Shown piece by piece: positions 19,999-29,719 of a stretch of 64,000 nucleotides of DNA. Source of the DNA: an uncultured Bacteroidales bacterium (lineage in GTDB: Bacteria > Bacteroidota > Bacteroidia > Bacteroidales > CAZJDA01); contig CAZJDA010000005.1 in NCBI GenBank assembly GCA_964544705.1, forward strand, positions 76,661 to 140,660, read 5' to 3'. The position numbers and the translations under genes are program-made. Numbering within the stretch: position 1 is the first letter of the stretch; every line of letters begins with the position of its first letter. The notes beneath the pieces were generated by a model. The model saw only the letters and a list, made by a program, of their open reading frames with translations. It was not told the DNA's origin and did not search any database.

Positions 19999-20775
19999 AT
20001 GCACTACGGTACTTGCTTATTAAGCGCTATACCCATTAGGAAATCCCCTTCGCATAAAAGCGAAATGGTAACTCAATTACTTTTTGGTGATGCTTTCACC
20101 ATCATAGAAAAAAAAGACCAATGGCTATACATTTCTTGCACATATGATAATTACGAAGGATGGATAGATAAAATACAGGCTAAGATCATTGAAGAAGAAG
20201 AGTTTAATCGTATCAAAAATGCCTTAACATATTCTCCCTTAACAATATCAGCTAAGATCGTATTTAAAAAAAGCAATATAAGTATTCCTGCTTTCCCTGG
20301 TTGTTGCATCCCTCAAGATGCAAAGAACGGGTTCACCATAGCGGGTGAGGTGTTTTCTTCTATTGAAAACGCTGTTGAGGAATATTTAGATACCAGGCAG
20401 AAGATTATTGAATTGGGCAAAACGTATTTGGAAGCGCCTTATTTGTGGGGAGGAAAAACTCCGTATGGCCTTGATTGCTCAGGATTTACACAAGTGATTT
20501 ACAAAACTGCGGGGTGTAAACTTTTTAGAGATGCCGGACAACAAGTATCACAAGGAGCAGATATTGGTTTTTTATCGGATGCCCAACCCGCCGATTTAGC
20601 GTTTTTCGGCCAAGAAGAAGAAAAAATCACCCATGTTGGAATTCTTCTTGATAATAAGAAAATACTGCATGTTTCAGGAAAGGTTAGGATTGACTCTATT
20701 GACCACCTTGGAATATATAACGCAGAGCAAGGCAAATACACCCATAGATTAAGGGTTGTAAAAAGAGTGATTTAA
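19999..20775 (+). CDS. NlpC/P60 (C40) peptidase with N-terminal SH3b-like domain
   Basis: YLWGGKTPYGLDCSGFTQ supplies the catalytic Cys. The downstream HVGILL supplies the His. Confidence 0.8.
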   Translation: MHYGTCLLSAIPIRKSPSHKSEMVTQLLFGDAFTIIEKKDQWLYISCTYDNYEGWIDKIQAKIIEEEEFNRIKNALTYSPLTISAKIVFKKSNISIPAFPGCCIPQDAKNGFTIAGEVFSSIENAVEEYLDTRQKIIELGKTYLEAPYLWGGKTPYGLDCSGFTQVIYKTAGCKLFRDAGQQVSQGADIGFLSDAQPADLAFFGQEEEKITHVGILLDNKKILHVSGKVRIDSIDHLGIYNAEQGKYTHRLRVVKRVI

Positions 20776-20861
20776 TTTTTTCGCGGGGTATGGTATTATT
20801 GCGTTAGCAGAAGGATATCACCTGATGTCATGCTAATTCTAAAACGATGCTTGGAGTTTGC

Positions 20862-21212
20862 TTATGTATCTTCATTTTTGTCAATTAGAGCATCTAGCCA
20901 ATCAATTAACTCATCTATATACTCTTCGATAATTTGCCACACGATCTCATAATCAATCCCGAAATACTCATGAACGATTCTGTTTCGAAATCCACGAATC
21001 CTTTTCCATTCTATCTCCGGATTAGCGTCTTTGAAACCAGGATCAACCCGGTTGGCTGCCTCTCCAATTACCTCAAAGTTCCGAACAACCGCGTCCATTG
21101 TTTTTTCATCGGAAATAAATGAATCAAAATCAAGACCAGCTATATACCGCTTAATCTTTTGAGCGGATTGAAACATGTCATCTAACAGTAACAATGTATC
21201 TCGCTTAGACAT
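20862..21212 (-). CDS. hepT: HepT-like (DUF86) RNase toxin
   Basis: Rx4HxY motif in FRNRIVHEY. The gene overlaps the upstream nucleotidyltransferase gene by 8 nt. Confidence 0.8.
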   Translation of the reverse strand: MSKRDTLLLLDDMFQSAQKIKRYIAGLDFDSFISDEKTMDAVVRNFEVIGEAANRVDPGFKDANPEIEWKRIRGFRNRIVHEYFGIDYEIVWQIIEEYIDELIDWLDALIDKNEDT

Positions 21213-21495
21213 ATATTAAATCTGGATCAATTGATTTTAAATATTTTTCTTTAATTCCTTTTTTTGAAACCAAATCAACCTTAAATCCAACAATATTTTC
21301 TAAATCATCTGCAAGGTCAACGAACCGGATTCCAATTTTATCTGAAAACTCAACAAGAATATCCAGATCACTGGAATCATTTTGTTCCTGGCGTGAATAA
21401 GAACCAAAAATCGCCATGGTTTTTATTGGATATTCATGAAGCAATCTTTGTTTATGAATATTCAACGTGTTTTTTATTTCCTGCAATGTTTTCAT
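21205..21495 (-). CDS. mntA: MntA-like minimal nucleotidyltransferase antitoxin
   Basis: GSYSRQEQNDSSDLDILV matches the GSxxR...DxD NTase motif. Confidence 0.8.
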   Translation of the reverse strand: MKTLQEIKNTLNIHKQRLLHEYPIKTMAIFGSYSRQEQNDSSDLDILVEFSDKIGIRFVDLADDLENIVGFKVDLVSKKGIKEKYLKSIDPDLIYV

Positions 21496-21566
21496 ATCTC
21501 AAAAATAAGATTTTTTAACCAATTACAGGATAAATCAATCTAAATATTTCATGCTTAAAATGAAAC

Positions 21567-22496
21567 CTAGTACAGCTTTTTCCGCTTAACCAGGTAAGAT
21601 TGCAAAATGGGTTCAAAACCTTCGTTGATGTCGGCTTCAACAAATTCAATTTGGTATTGCATGCATTTGATCTTTAGTTGTTTCTCGTAATCTTGCATGG
21701 CTTTGATATATTGTTTCCTCACTTCAGCAGGCCTTAACTTTATCTCATTATTTGTTTCAACATCCACAAACCGGTAAGGTTTATTAGCAAAATGGAATTC
21801 TGATTCTTTACTTTTATCTATCACATGGAAGAGGATTACTTCATGCTTTTTATGCTTAAGATGCTGCAAGGCAGAAAAAAGTTCATCTTGCTTGGTGTGG
21901 GTTTCCATCATATCGCTAAAAATGATCACCAAGGAACGTTTATGAATGTTTTCTGCCAATTGGTGCAAAATTTCCCCTGCATGGGTTGTTTTAGGTGTTT
22001 TGCCGGGTTCAAGCAGGTTTTCTAATTCATGAAACAGCCGCTTTTGATGCACAGCGCTTGAGCGAGCTTTGGTATGCAGTTCCAAGTTATCAGAAAATAC
22101 TGATAACCCAAGTGCATCGCGTTGTTTTTTAAGCAAGTATATTAATGCGCCTGCAGCGTAAGCCGAAAAGGTGATCTTATTATGCTGCCCTTTGCTTAGC
22201 TTAGCTTGCAAGGGATAATGCATAGAAGAAGAATTATCAATGATCAACTGGCAACGCAGGTTGGTTTCTTCTTCAAATCGTTTAACAAAAAGTTTGTCTG
22301 TGCGGGCGTATAATTTCCAATCAATATGCTTGGTTGATTCCCCGGTATTATAAATCCTGTGCTCTGCAAACTCAACAGAGAACCCATGAAAAGGGCTTTT
22401 GTGCATACCGGTAATAAAACCTTCAACAACTTGCCGGGCGATAAGTTCCAAGTTGCTAAATCTTTGTAATTGGTAATGGTTAAGCCTGTCAGCCAT
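21567..22496 (-). CDS. DUF58 (vWA-like) domain protein
   Basis: The N-terminal block HKSPFHGFSVEFAEHRIYNTGE is typical of DUF58. Confidence 0.75.
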   Translation of the reverse strand: MADRLNHYQLQRFSNLELIARQVVEGFITGMHKSPFHGFSVEFAEHRIYNTGESTKHIDWKLYARTDKLFVKRFEEETNLRCQLIIDNSSSMHYPLQAKLSKGQHNKITFSAYAAGALIYLLKKQRDALGLSVFSDNLELHTKARSSAVHQKRLFHELENLLEPGKTPKTTHAGEILHQLAENIHKRSLVIIFSDMMETHTKQDELFSALQHLKHKKHEVILFHVIDKSKESEFHFANKPYRFVDVETNNEIKLRPAEVRKQYIKAMQDYEKQLKIKCMQYQIEFVEADINEGFEPILQSYLVKRKKLY

Positions 22497-22520
22497 AATT
22501 GAAAGAAGTTATAAAAATAT

Positions 22521-22552
22521 ACATCCGGCATTTATCATAAAATACCGGATGT
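22521..22552 (-). terminator. Stem-loop downstream of trxA
   Basis: ACATCCGG-(16 nt)-CCGGATGT is followed by a T-rich tract on the minus strand. Confidence 0.5.
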
Positions 22553-22574
22553 AATAGAAAAAAATTCGTTGCTG

Positions 22575-22892
22575 TTATAGTAAGCTGTCCAGTTTGCCTG
22601 TGAGCACGTTTTTTGGAACGGCGCCAACTTGTTTGTCAGCTACTTCACCATTTTTAACAAATAGAACTGTAGGGATATTCCTTATCCCGAATTTTGACGC
22701 AATGCCAGGGTTGCTGTCAACATCAACCTTACCAATAACGGCTTTATCTTTGTATTCTTCGCTCATTTCTTCCACGATTGGCGCTATCATCCTGCATGGG
22801 CCACACCATTCTGCCCAGAAATCAAGCATTACAGGTTTGTCAGACTTCATTACTTGTTCCTCGAAGTTGGATTCGTTTATTTCTAATGCCAT
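22575..22892 (-). CDS. trxA: Thioredoxin
   Basis: 105 aa with the active site WAEWCGPCRM. Confidence 0.9.
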   Translation of the reverse strand: MALEINESNFEEQVMKSDKPVMLDFWAEWCGPCRMIAPIVEEMSEEYKDKAVIGKVDVDSNPGIASKFGIRNIPTVLFVKNGEVADKQVGAVPKNVLTGKLDSLL

Positions 22893-22975
22893 AGTTTTTA
22901 ACTTTTTAGTTTATAGTTGATACAAATTTAAGCAAATTTAATTTTTTAAACGCTAATTTATCATCATTTATTGAA

Positions 22976-25900
22976 TTAATGCAAAGAAAAATCCACCTTA
23001 GCGCTATCAGTTAGCTTATTAAGAAAGCCATTGCAATCTATTTTATATTTTTTTGAATACATATCAATCGTTATTTTTTCCAAAGGGTCAATAACTTTAA
23101 ATTTTAAAGAACAATTGCCTTTATTACTTTCCGCCAAAGAACTCAATTGATTGATCAGTTCATTGCTCACTTCCTGCACACTGAGTTTTATGGTTAATTC
23201 TTTGGCTTGCTTTTCCATTACTTCTGATAACAAGTTAATAGTATTTACTTGGAATTCATACTGGTCTTTATTCTTGTAATTGGGTGCTACTTTTCCTTTT
23301 ATTAATACCAGGTATCCCTCTTCTAAGTAATTTTTTAACTCAACATATTTGTTTGAAAACATAAACAATTGAATAGCATCTGTATAATCCTCTAAAATAA
23401 ACGATGCCATAGGTTTGTTCTTTTTGGTATATTTATGCTGCACAGAAGTGATAATTCCACCAATTTTTATTTCTTTTTCTTTTTTTTGTTCTATTAGTTC
23501 TTTTAGCTCATTAACAGTATGGTTACAAAAATGTTCAATTTCTATCTTAAAATTATCTAAAGGATGGCCAGAGATGTAAATTCCTATAACATCCCGTTCT
23601 TTTTTTAGCGCATCCAGCTTCCCCCATTCTTCGCATTTCGGCATGGGCGGGTCAGGTATCTCCACTTCTTCACTATCGCCAAACAAGCTAGGTTGCTGGC
23701 TGTTTTTGCGGCTTTCTACGGCATTTACATGTTTAATGGCTTTGTCAATAAAGGTGAGCCCTTCGTTATTTTCTTGGTAAAAATACATGGCCCTGTGCGA
23801 ATCCTTGAAATTATCAAAAGCCCCGGACATGGCAAGGGCTTCAATACATCTTTTGTTGGCCGATTTAAGATTAATCCTTTTCAACAGGTCAAAAAAGCTT
23901 TTAAAAGGGCCGTTAGCTTGTCTTTCTTTTACAATAGCCTCAACGGCTCCTTCTCCTACGCCTTTCACTGCACCTAACCCAAAACGGATAGCACCTTCCT
24001 TGTTTACCACGAAATTGTAAAAACTTTCATTCACATCAGGGCCTAACACGGGAATGCCTTGCCTTTTGCTTTCATCCATGAAGGAGGTAACTTTCTTTAA
24101 GTCGTTGAGGTTGTGGGTTAACACGGCAGCCATGTATTCTGCCGGGTAGTGGGCTTTGAGATAGCCGGTGCGGTAAGCAACAACAGAATAAGCGGCAGAG
24201 TGGGAACGGTTAAACCCGTATTTGGCAAATTTTTCCATAACAGTGAAAACCTCTTTGGCCTTCTCTTCATCAACACCTTTATCTACAGCTCCCTTGACAA
24301 ATATCTTTTTCTGTTCAGCCATCACATCCAATATCTTTTTCCCCATGGCTCTCCGCAAAACATCAGCAGCGCCGAGCGAATAACCTGCCATGATTTGTGC
24401 AGCCTGCATAATTTGCTCTTGGTAAACCATGATGCCATAGGTGTTTTCCAGTATCTCCTCCAACCACGGGTGCGGATACTCAACCTTTTCTCTGCCTTGT
24501 TTCCTGTTGATATAAGTTGGGATAAAATCCATAGGCCCCGGGCGATACAAAGCGTTCATGGCTATCAAGTCTTCTATGCTGGTAGGTTTGAGTTCGCGAA
24601 GGTGGCTCCTCATTCCATCAGACTCAAACTGGAATGTACCTATGGTATCGCCTCGTTGGTAAAGTTCAAAAGTCTTTTCATCTTCAAGGGATACGTTTTC
24701 TATATCGATTTTTTTGCCAAGGCGCAGTTCAATGTTTTCTACAGCATCTTTGAGTATAGATAAGGTCTTAAGCCCAAGAAAGTCCATCTTGAGCATGCCG
24801 GCAGATTCCACGTATTTACCTTCGTATTGGGTTACTGCAAGGTCAGAATCTTTGGCTGTGCTAAGAGGAACATGATTAATAAGCGCCTCTGGGCCAATGA
24901 TAACTCCGCAAGCATGCGTACCAACATGACGTACCGAACCTTCCAGGGTTTTAGCAAAATCAAGGGTTTTTCTTACCTTTTCCTCTCCTTTTTGAAGGGC
25001 TGCCACCAATTCTTTAACGTCTTTATAAGCATCGGCCAGTTTTACTTTGGGCCCTTCCGGGACAAGCTTGGCAAGCTTGTCGGTCTCGGGCAAGGGCAAT
25101 TTCAGAACCCGTCCCACATCCCTGATAGCTGATCTTGCAGCCATCGTTCCAAAAGTAACGATCTGGGCTACCTTTTCCTTGCCGTATTTTTCAATAACAT
25201 AATCCATTACACGTTCGCGGCCTTCATCATCAAAATCAATATCTATATCAGGCATAGAAACTCTTTCGGGATTCAGGAACCTTTCAAAAAGCAAGTTATA
25301 CTTGATGGGGTCTATACTCGTTATTCCAATACAGAACGCCACGGCAGAGCCTGCAGCAGAGCCACGCCCAGGGCCTACCCATACTTTTCGCTTCCTGGCT
25401 TCGTTGATGAAATCTTGCACGATTAAAAAATACCCGGGAAAGCCCATCTCTTTAATGATATTAAGCTCATGGTCTAAGCGTTGTTTGACCTCATCCGTGA
25501 TCTCAGGATACATCTTTTTAGCGCCTTCGTAAGTCAAATGCCGCAAATACTCGTTTTCCCCTTCAAAAGGTTCGGGAATAGGATAAACGGGCAATAATAT
25601 TTCTTTGGTAGTAATCTCGTATTCTTCAACTTTATTGGCAATTTCAACGGTGTTGGTAATGGCTTCCGGCACATCGGCAAAGAGATCTTTCATCTCTTCC
25701 ACCGGCCTGAAATACTCAAAACCCGTGTAACGCATACGCTCGGCGCTTTCCGCATCTTCATTGGTGTTGAGGCAGATGAGGATATCGTGGGCTTCGGCAT
25801 CGTCACGGTTGATAAAATGCACATCATTGGTAGCAATGAGCTTAACGCCATGCTTCTTAGAGAGTTCTATAAGCGCTTTATTCACCGTTTTTTGCTCCTC

Positions 25901-26437
25901 ATGGCCATGATCTTGCAATTCTAAGTAAAAATCTTCTCCAAAAATATCGGTATATTCTTTTAGAACAGCTTCAGCTCTTTCTATTCCATGGTTCATGATG
26001 GCTTTGGGGATTTCGCCTCCCAAGCACGCCGAGCTTGCTATCAAGCCCTCGTGGTTTTCTTTTAACAATTCTTTATCGATGCGTGGGGTGTAATATTTAC
26101 CCTCCAAAAAACCAATTGAGCAAAGTTTTGTAAGGTTCCTGTAACCGGTCTTGTTCTTGGCAAGCAATATAAGATGGTAGCCACTCCTGTCTTCCTTAGA
26201 CTTTTTTTGGAGGTGGCCGTTTCGAGCCATATAAAATTCGCAGCCAATAATGGGTTTGATGCCGTTTTCCCTGGCTTGTTCATAAAAATCGATAACACCG
26301 AACATATTGCCATGGTCGGTAATGGCAATGGAATCCATGCCATATTCTTTTACCTTGGCCATAAGCCCGCCAATATCAGCGGCGCCATCCAGGATAGAAT
26401 ATTGTGTATGTACGTGTAAATGGGTGAATTCGGACAT
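22976..26437 (-). CDS. dnaE: DNA polymerase III alpha subunit
   Basis: PHP domain start MSEFTHLHVHTQYSILDGA, GLLKMDFLGLKTL, and OB-fold tail. I prefer the ATG at 26437 over the track start at 26491. Confidence 0.95.
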   Translation of the reverse strand: MSEFTHLHVHTQYSILDGAADIGGLMAKVKEYGMDSIAITDHGNMFGVIDFYEQARENGIKPIIGCEFYMARNGHLQKKSKEDRSGYHLILLAKNKTGYRNLTKLCSIGFLEGKYYTPRIDKELLKENHEGLIASSACLGGEIPKAIMNHGIERAEAVLKEYTDIFGEDFYLELQDHGHEEQKTVNKALIELSKKHGVKLIATNDVHFINRDDAEAHDILICLNTNEDAESAERMRYTGFEYFRPVEEMKDLFADVPEAITNTVEIANKVEEYEITTKEILLPVYPIPEPFEGENEYLRHLTYEGAKKMYPEITDEVKQRLDHELNIIKEMGFPGYFLIVQDFINEARKRKVWVGPGRGSAAGSAVAFCIGITSIDPIKYNLLFERFLNPERVSMPDIDIDFDDEGRERVMDYVIEKYGKEKVAQIVTFGTMAARSAIRDVGRVLKLPLPETDKLAKLVPEGPKVKLADAYKDVKELVAALQKGEEKVRKTLDFAKTLEGSVRHVGTHACGVIIGPEALINHVPLSTAKDSDLAVTQYEGKYVESAGMLKMDFLGLKTLSILKDAVENIELRLGKKIDIENVSLEDEKTFELYQRGDTIGTFQFESDGMRSHLRELKPTSIEDLIAMNALYRPGPMDFIPTYINRKQGREKVEYPHPWLEEILENTYGIMVYQEQIMQAAQIMAGYSLGAADVLRRAMGKKILDVMAEQKKIFVKGAVDKGVDEEKAKEVFTVMEKFAKYGFNRSHSAAYSVVAYRTGYLKAHYPAEYMAAVLTHNLNDLKKVTSFMDESKRQGIPVLGPDVNESFYNFVVNKEGAIRFGLGAVKGVGEGAVEAIVKERQANGPFKSFFDLLKRINLKSANKRCIEALAMSGAFDNFKDSHRAMYFYQENNEGLTFIDKAIKHVNAVESRKNSQQPSLFGDSEEVEIPDPPMPKCEEWGKLDALKKERDVIGIYISGHPLDNFKIEIEHFCNHTVNELKELIEQKKEKEIKIGGIITSVQHKYTKKNKPMASFILEDYTDAIQLFMFSNKYVELKNYLEEGYLVLIKGKVAPNYKNKDQYEFQVNTINLLSEVMEKQAKELTIKLSVQEVSNELINQLSSLAESNKGNCSLKFKVIDPLEKITIDMYSKKYKIDCNGFLNKLTDSAKVDFSLH

Positions 26438-26667
26438 AGTATTGGGATTTTGGTGTAAAATTATTGAATTTTTTTCTGCCGGTAAAAACAAGTTTTCAAA
26501 AGTTATTAAGAGAGAATGGAGAATGCAGAGTGAAGAAGGCAGAATTTAGGAGGTAGGGGGAGTAGGAACTCTTTTTATTTAAATCAAAATAATATTTCAC
26601 AGCGACAAATTTTGGCATATGGTGGGTTTACTTTTGGAAGCAATTATAAACATTAAAAGATATCAAA

Positions 26668-27603
26668 ATGAAAAACACTAAAGCCTCTAAAACCATGTTG
26701 AGAAAATCGTTATTGAAAATGCTTACCGCTGCTGTATTTATTGTAACAATAGGTTCTTGTTCAAATCCCGAAAAATCAGGTAAAAGAGTTGCGCAGGATG
26801 AATGCGAATGCATGCAAAAAACAGGAAAAGCTCTATTTGCATTAATAGATGAATTTATGAAAAAAATTGAAGAGGAACATTATGATAAACAATGGAATGC
26901 CTTTAAGGATTATTTCACCCTTACAGATGAATTGGCTGAAAAAAATGAAGCCTGTTTAGAAAAAGCTGGATATGAAAAAATGAAAGAGAAATATTTAACC
27001 AATAAGGAGGCTATTGAAAAGTTTGAATACGCTTATAAGGCTCAGTCAGCAAATTGCGATACAACTATAATAAGCAAAAGTGGTGAAAGATTCCTGGAAT
27101 TGGTATCAAGAATAAGGAATATCAGGGATATGGAACATAAATTGAATAAGATGGTCCATTTTTCAAGCTTAAGTACTTCCTGGAATGTTTATTCCTATTT
27201 AGATGCTGATGAAGATTGGACAACGCATTATTTTGAAAATAAGGAGGAATATGACAAAATACCCAAAGATAGCCTGTCAGAGATAAAAAGAAAATTTTTT
27301 TATGGACGAAAAATGAAAACAGGTGATTTTAATAATGATGGTATTACCGACCATGCAACAATTATACAGAATTACTGGGATGGGGATAAAATAAAGTTGC
27401 TTATTGCAAATGGAGGCAACAAAGGAATGTATTTATTAGACACAAGGGGCTCTTTTGGCATAATAGAACAGGAAGAAATGGAAAATGGATTTGGAAAGGG
27501 TATTGGCGATGGCATCATGGATATGTGTAAAGAATGCGTGCCTTTTGTAATACATTGGAATGGAGAAAGATACGAAACAGGTGGATATTTTTGGTTTAAT
27601 TAG
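26668..27603 (+). CDS. Hypothetical lipoprotein (one FG-GAP-like segment)
   Basis: Lipobox TIGSCSN. TGDFNNDGITDHA resembles an FG-GAP/VCBS calcium-binding loop. Confidence 0.5.
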   Translation: MKNTKASKTMLRKSLLKMLTAAVFIVTIGSCSNPEKSGKRVAQDECECMQKTGKALFALIDEFMKKIEEEHYDKQWNAFKDYFTLTDELAEKNEACLEKAGYEKMKEKYLTNKEAIEKFEYAYKAQSANCDTTIISKSGERFLELVSRIRNIRDMEHKLNKMVHFSSLSTSWNVYSYLDADEDWTTHYFENKEEYDKIPKDSLSEIKRKFFYGRKMKTGDFNNDGITDHATIIQNYWDGDKIKLLIANGGNKGMYLLDTRGSFGIIEQEEMENGFGKGIGDGIMDMCKECVPFVIHWNGERYETGGYFWFN

Positions 27604-27640
27604 AAAAAATGTTATATTAGGATAATTATTGCATTAACTG

Positions 27641-27737
27641 GTGACGCGTCACATTTATTATTGAGAATCTATATTGTTATAATTGAGCAAATTGCCAGAT
27701 AGATGATACATTATTTCATTGTTGACTTAACACTAAG
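27641..27737 (+). repeat. ~96-nt dispersed element R3, copy a, beginning with the palindrome GTGACGCGTCAC
   Basis: About 90% identical by eye to 57555-57650 in the same orientation. It ends 14 nt before the WYL gene ATG. Confidence 0.85.
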
Positions 27738-27751
27738 AAAGCTAGGAAACC

Positions 27752-28675
27752 ATGACGAAAAGAGAATCCATATTGAGGTATATATTGATTATCAGGAAGC
27801 TTAGGAATTTCAAATATTGCACCTTCCAAGAAATCAATGATTATTTGCAATCTGAAGGCGAAATTCACGGCTACAACCTTAGCGTTTCCAAAAGAACATT
27901 CCAAAGAGATAAAAATGATATTCGATCCATTTTTAATATGGATATACAATTTGATAGTATGCATAATAAATATTTTATTGAAGAAGAACCCGATGATAGT
28001 GAAGAGTTGAGCCATAGAATGTTAGAAGCATTTGACTTGTTCAATTCGTTAAACCTTGCCCAGGGCATGAAGGAGATTATTTCTGTAGAAACCCGCAAAG
28101 CGCTCGGTACAGAGCACGTGTATGGTTTGATGCATGCCATAAAAAACCGCCACAAAATATCCTTTTTTTATTATAAATATGATGAAGAAAAGCTTACGGA
28201 ACGTGTGGCAGAGCCATTGCACCTCAAAGAATTTAAATACCGGTGGTACCTAATTGCCAATGACATAAATGGCAGGAATAAAACCATGAAAACATTTGCC
28301 CTTGACCGCATGTCTGGGTTAGATATTTTAAAAGAGAAATTTGCTGTACATGAAAAACTTGATTTCAAAGCCTATTTCTTTGATGCATTCGGGATTATAA
28401 AGCCAACAGATAAAGGGCCACGAAAAGTTGTTTTATCTTTCGACCCTTTACAAGGGCAATATATTAAGTCATTGAAGCTCCACCATTCGCAAAAGGTGCT
28501 AATAAATAATAATACGGAATACCGTGTGCAACTAAAAGTATATATTACCTGGGATTTCATACAAGAGTTAATGATGTTTGCCAACACGATGACCGTTATA
28601 GAACCTTTGGAACTAAGAGCGCAAATAAAAAGGATTTGCCGGGGGTGTTTGGAGTTGAATAAGGGGAGTGGGTGA
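27752..28675 (+). CDS. WYL-domain transcriptional regulator (HTH + WYL, BrxR/CapW-like architecture)
   Basis: The N-terminal wHTH-like region and the WYL core ISFFYYKYDEEKLTERVAEPLHLKEFKYRWYLIAND. Confidence 0.8.
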   Translation: MTKRESILRYILIIRKLRNFKYCTFQEINDYLQSEGEIHGYNLSVSKRTFQRDKNDIRSIFNMDIQFDSMHNKYFIEEEPDDSEELSHRMLEAFDLFNSLNLAQGMKEIISVETRKALGTEHVYGLMHAIKNRHKISFFYYKYDEEKLTERVAEPLHLKEFKYRWYLIANDINGRNKTMKTFALDRMSGLDILKEKFAVHEKLDFKAYFFDAFGIIKPTDKGPRKVVLSFDPLQGQYIKSLKLHHSQKVLINNNTEYRVQLKVYITWDFIQELMMFANTMTVIEPLELRAQIKRICRGCLELNKGSG

Positions 28676-28779
28676 GATTGAATGTTTTAAATTGGGATCT
28701 CTTAAACTACAATAATCAGGCTACATCTTATAAATATGGTAAAAATATGAAATAGAACTGCTTGTATTGGCCGTTAATA

Positions 28780-29217
28780 TTAAGTTGGGATTGGATATAA
28801 TATAATTTCAAAATCAAAACTATCTTTTATTTCTTTAAACAACGCTGATTTTGCAATTTTATTAATACCTTCTTTTTCTGAAATAAAAACGAAAGTTTTA
28901 AAATCCATTTGATTATTTTTTTTAAACACCAAAAATTTTAGTATATCTTTATAAAACTCATGGTGAGGGTTTGTCCCAGAAACTTTTAGTTCATACGCTA
29001 TTTTCTTCTTAGAATCAACCAAATCAATTTTTTCATTTGATTTATCACTTATCGGAACCTCTACAGATATCTCCGGATATTTTTCTTTCGGAAATTTTTC
29101 TTGCCATAATTTAGTTATTATTTGTGATCTTTTTGTCCTTTTTGAAACATCACTTTTGCCTTTTGGGTTCTTGGCAAAAATGGATTTAAGTGGACTAACA
29201 ATATCTTTAATTTCCAT
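28780..29217 (-). CDS. Small protein with a possible PD-(D/E)xK nuclease motif
   Basis: 145 aa. IDLVD-(7 aa)-YELKV fits D...ExK spacing. It is the last gene of a tightly packed four-gene operon (4-nt gap to the exonuclease gene). Confidence 0.45.
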   Translation of the reverse strand: MEIKDIVSPLKSIFAKNPKGKSDVSKRTKRSQIITKLWQEKFPKEKYPEISVEVPISDKSNEKIDLVDSKKKIAYELKVSGTNPHHEFYKDILKFLVFKKNNQMDFKTFVFISEKEGINKIAKSALFKEIKDSFDFEIILYPIPT

Positions 29218-29221
29218 AATC

Positions 29222-29716
29222 TTAATGTTTTATTAATTTCATATACAATTCAGCACAAGCCCTTGCATCAGAAAGGGCTTCATGATGTTTTAATGCAATG
29301 CCTTCAATTGCGCAACACTCATCCAATGTACCTGAAGGATATTTATCAATTCCCCGGCAATATTTCATTGTACACTCCCACCTGTCCGGAATATTTAATT
29401 CTGAATAGTCAAAACCATTATCCGCCATTGATTTCCGTAATGCACTTCTGTCAAAAGATTCATTGTGAGCAACAACAATTTTAGCGGTTAACCGCTTTTT
29501 AATCTCAGGATAAATTTCAATAAACGGAAGTGCGTTCTCGGTATCTTCAGGTGTTATGCCGTGAACCTGCATACAATGCCAATTATATTTGTTATTTGGT
29601 GGTTTAACCAGGGAAAAGTATTCTTCAATTATTTTGCTATTTTCAACCGTAACAATGCCTACGGCGCAAATGTGGTGGTAAATAGCGGTTTCGAAGTCGA
29701 TTGCTGTGAAGGTCAT
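29222..29716 (-). CDS. DEDDh 3'-5' exonuclease (DnaQ/epsilon-like)
   Basis: ExoI AIDFETA, ExoII VAHNESFD, ExoIII HHEALSDA. Confidence 0.85.
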   Translation of the reverse strand: MTFTAIDFETAIYHHICAVGIVTVENSKIIEEYFSLVKPPNNKYNWHCMQVHGITPEDTENALPFIEIYPEIKKRLTAKIVVAHNESFDRSALRKSMADNGFDYSELNIPDRWECTMKYCRGIDKYPSGTLDECCAIEGIALKHHEALSDARACAELYMKLIKH

Positions 29717-29719
29717 GTA

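Noticed and set aside
24149-24763. 204-aa antisense ORF inside dnaE. The same applies to the other long antisense ORFs: 18484-19002 in the FtsX permease gene, 46396-47091 and 45901-46368 in the sensor gene, 55477-55947 in metH, and 63133-63600 in the GT39 gene.
   Set aside because: All lie opposite strongly supported genes and translate to low-complexity Ser/Leu/Phe-rich sequence without motifs. Such shadow ORFs are expected in AT-rich genomes with few stop codons on the antisense frame.
27716-28015. Track ORF of 99 aa on the minus strand, overlapping the WYL gene 5' end.
   Set aside because: It is antisense to a well-supported WYL regulator ORF and extends into the R3 repeat. No motif was recognised.
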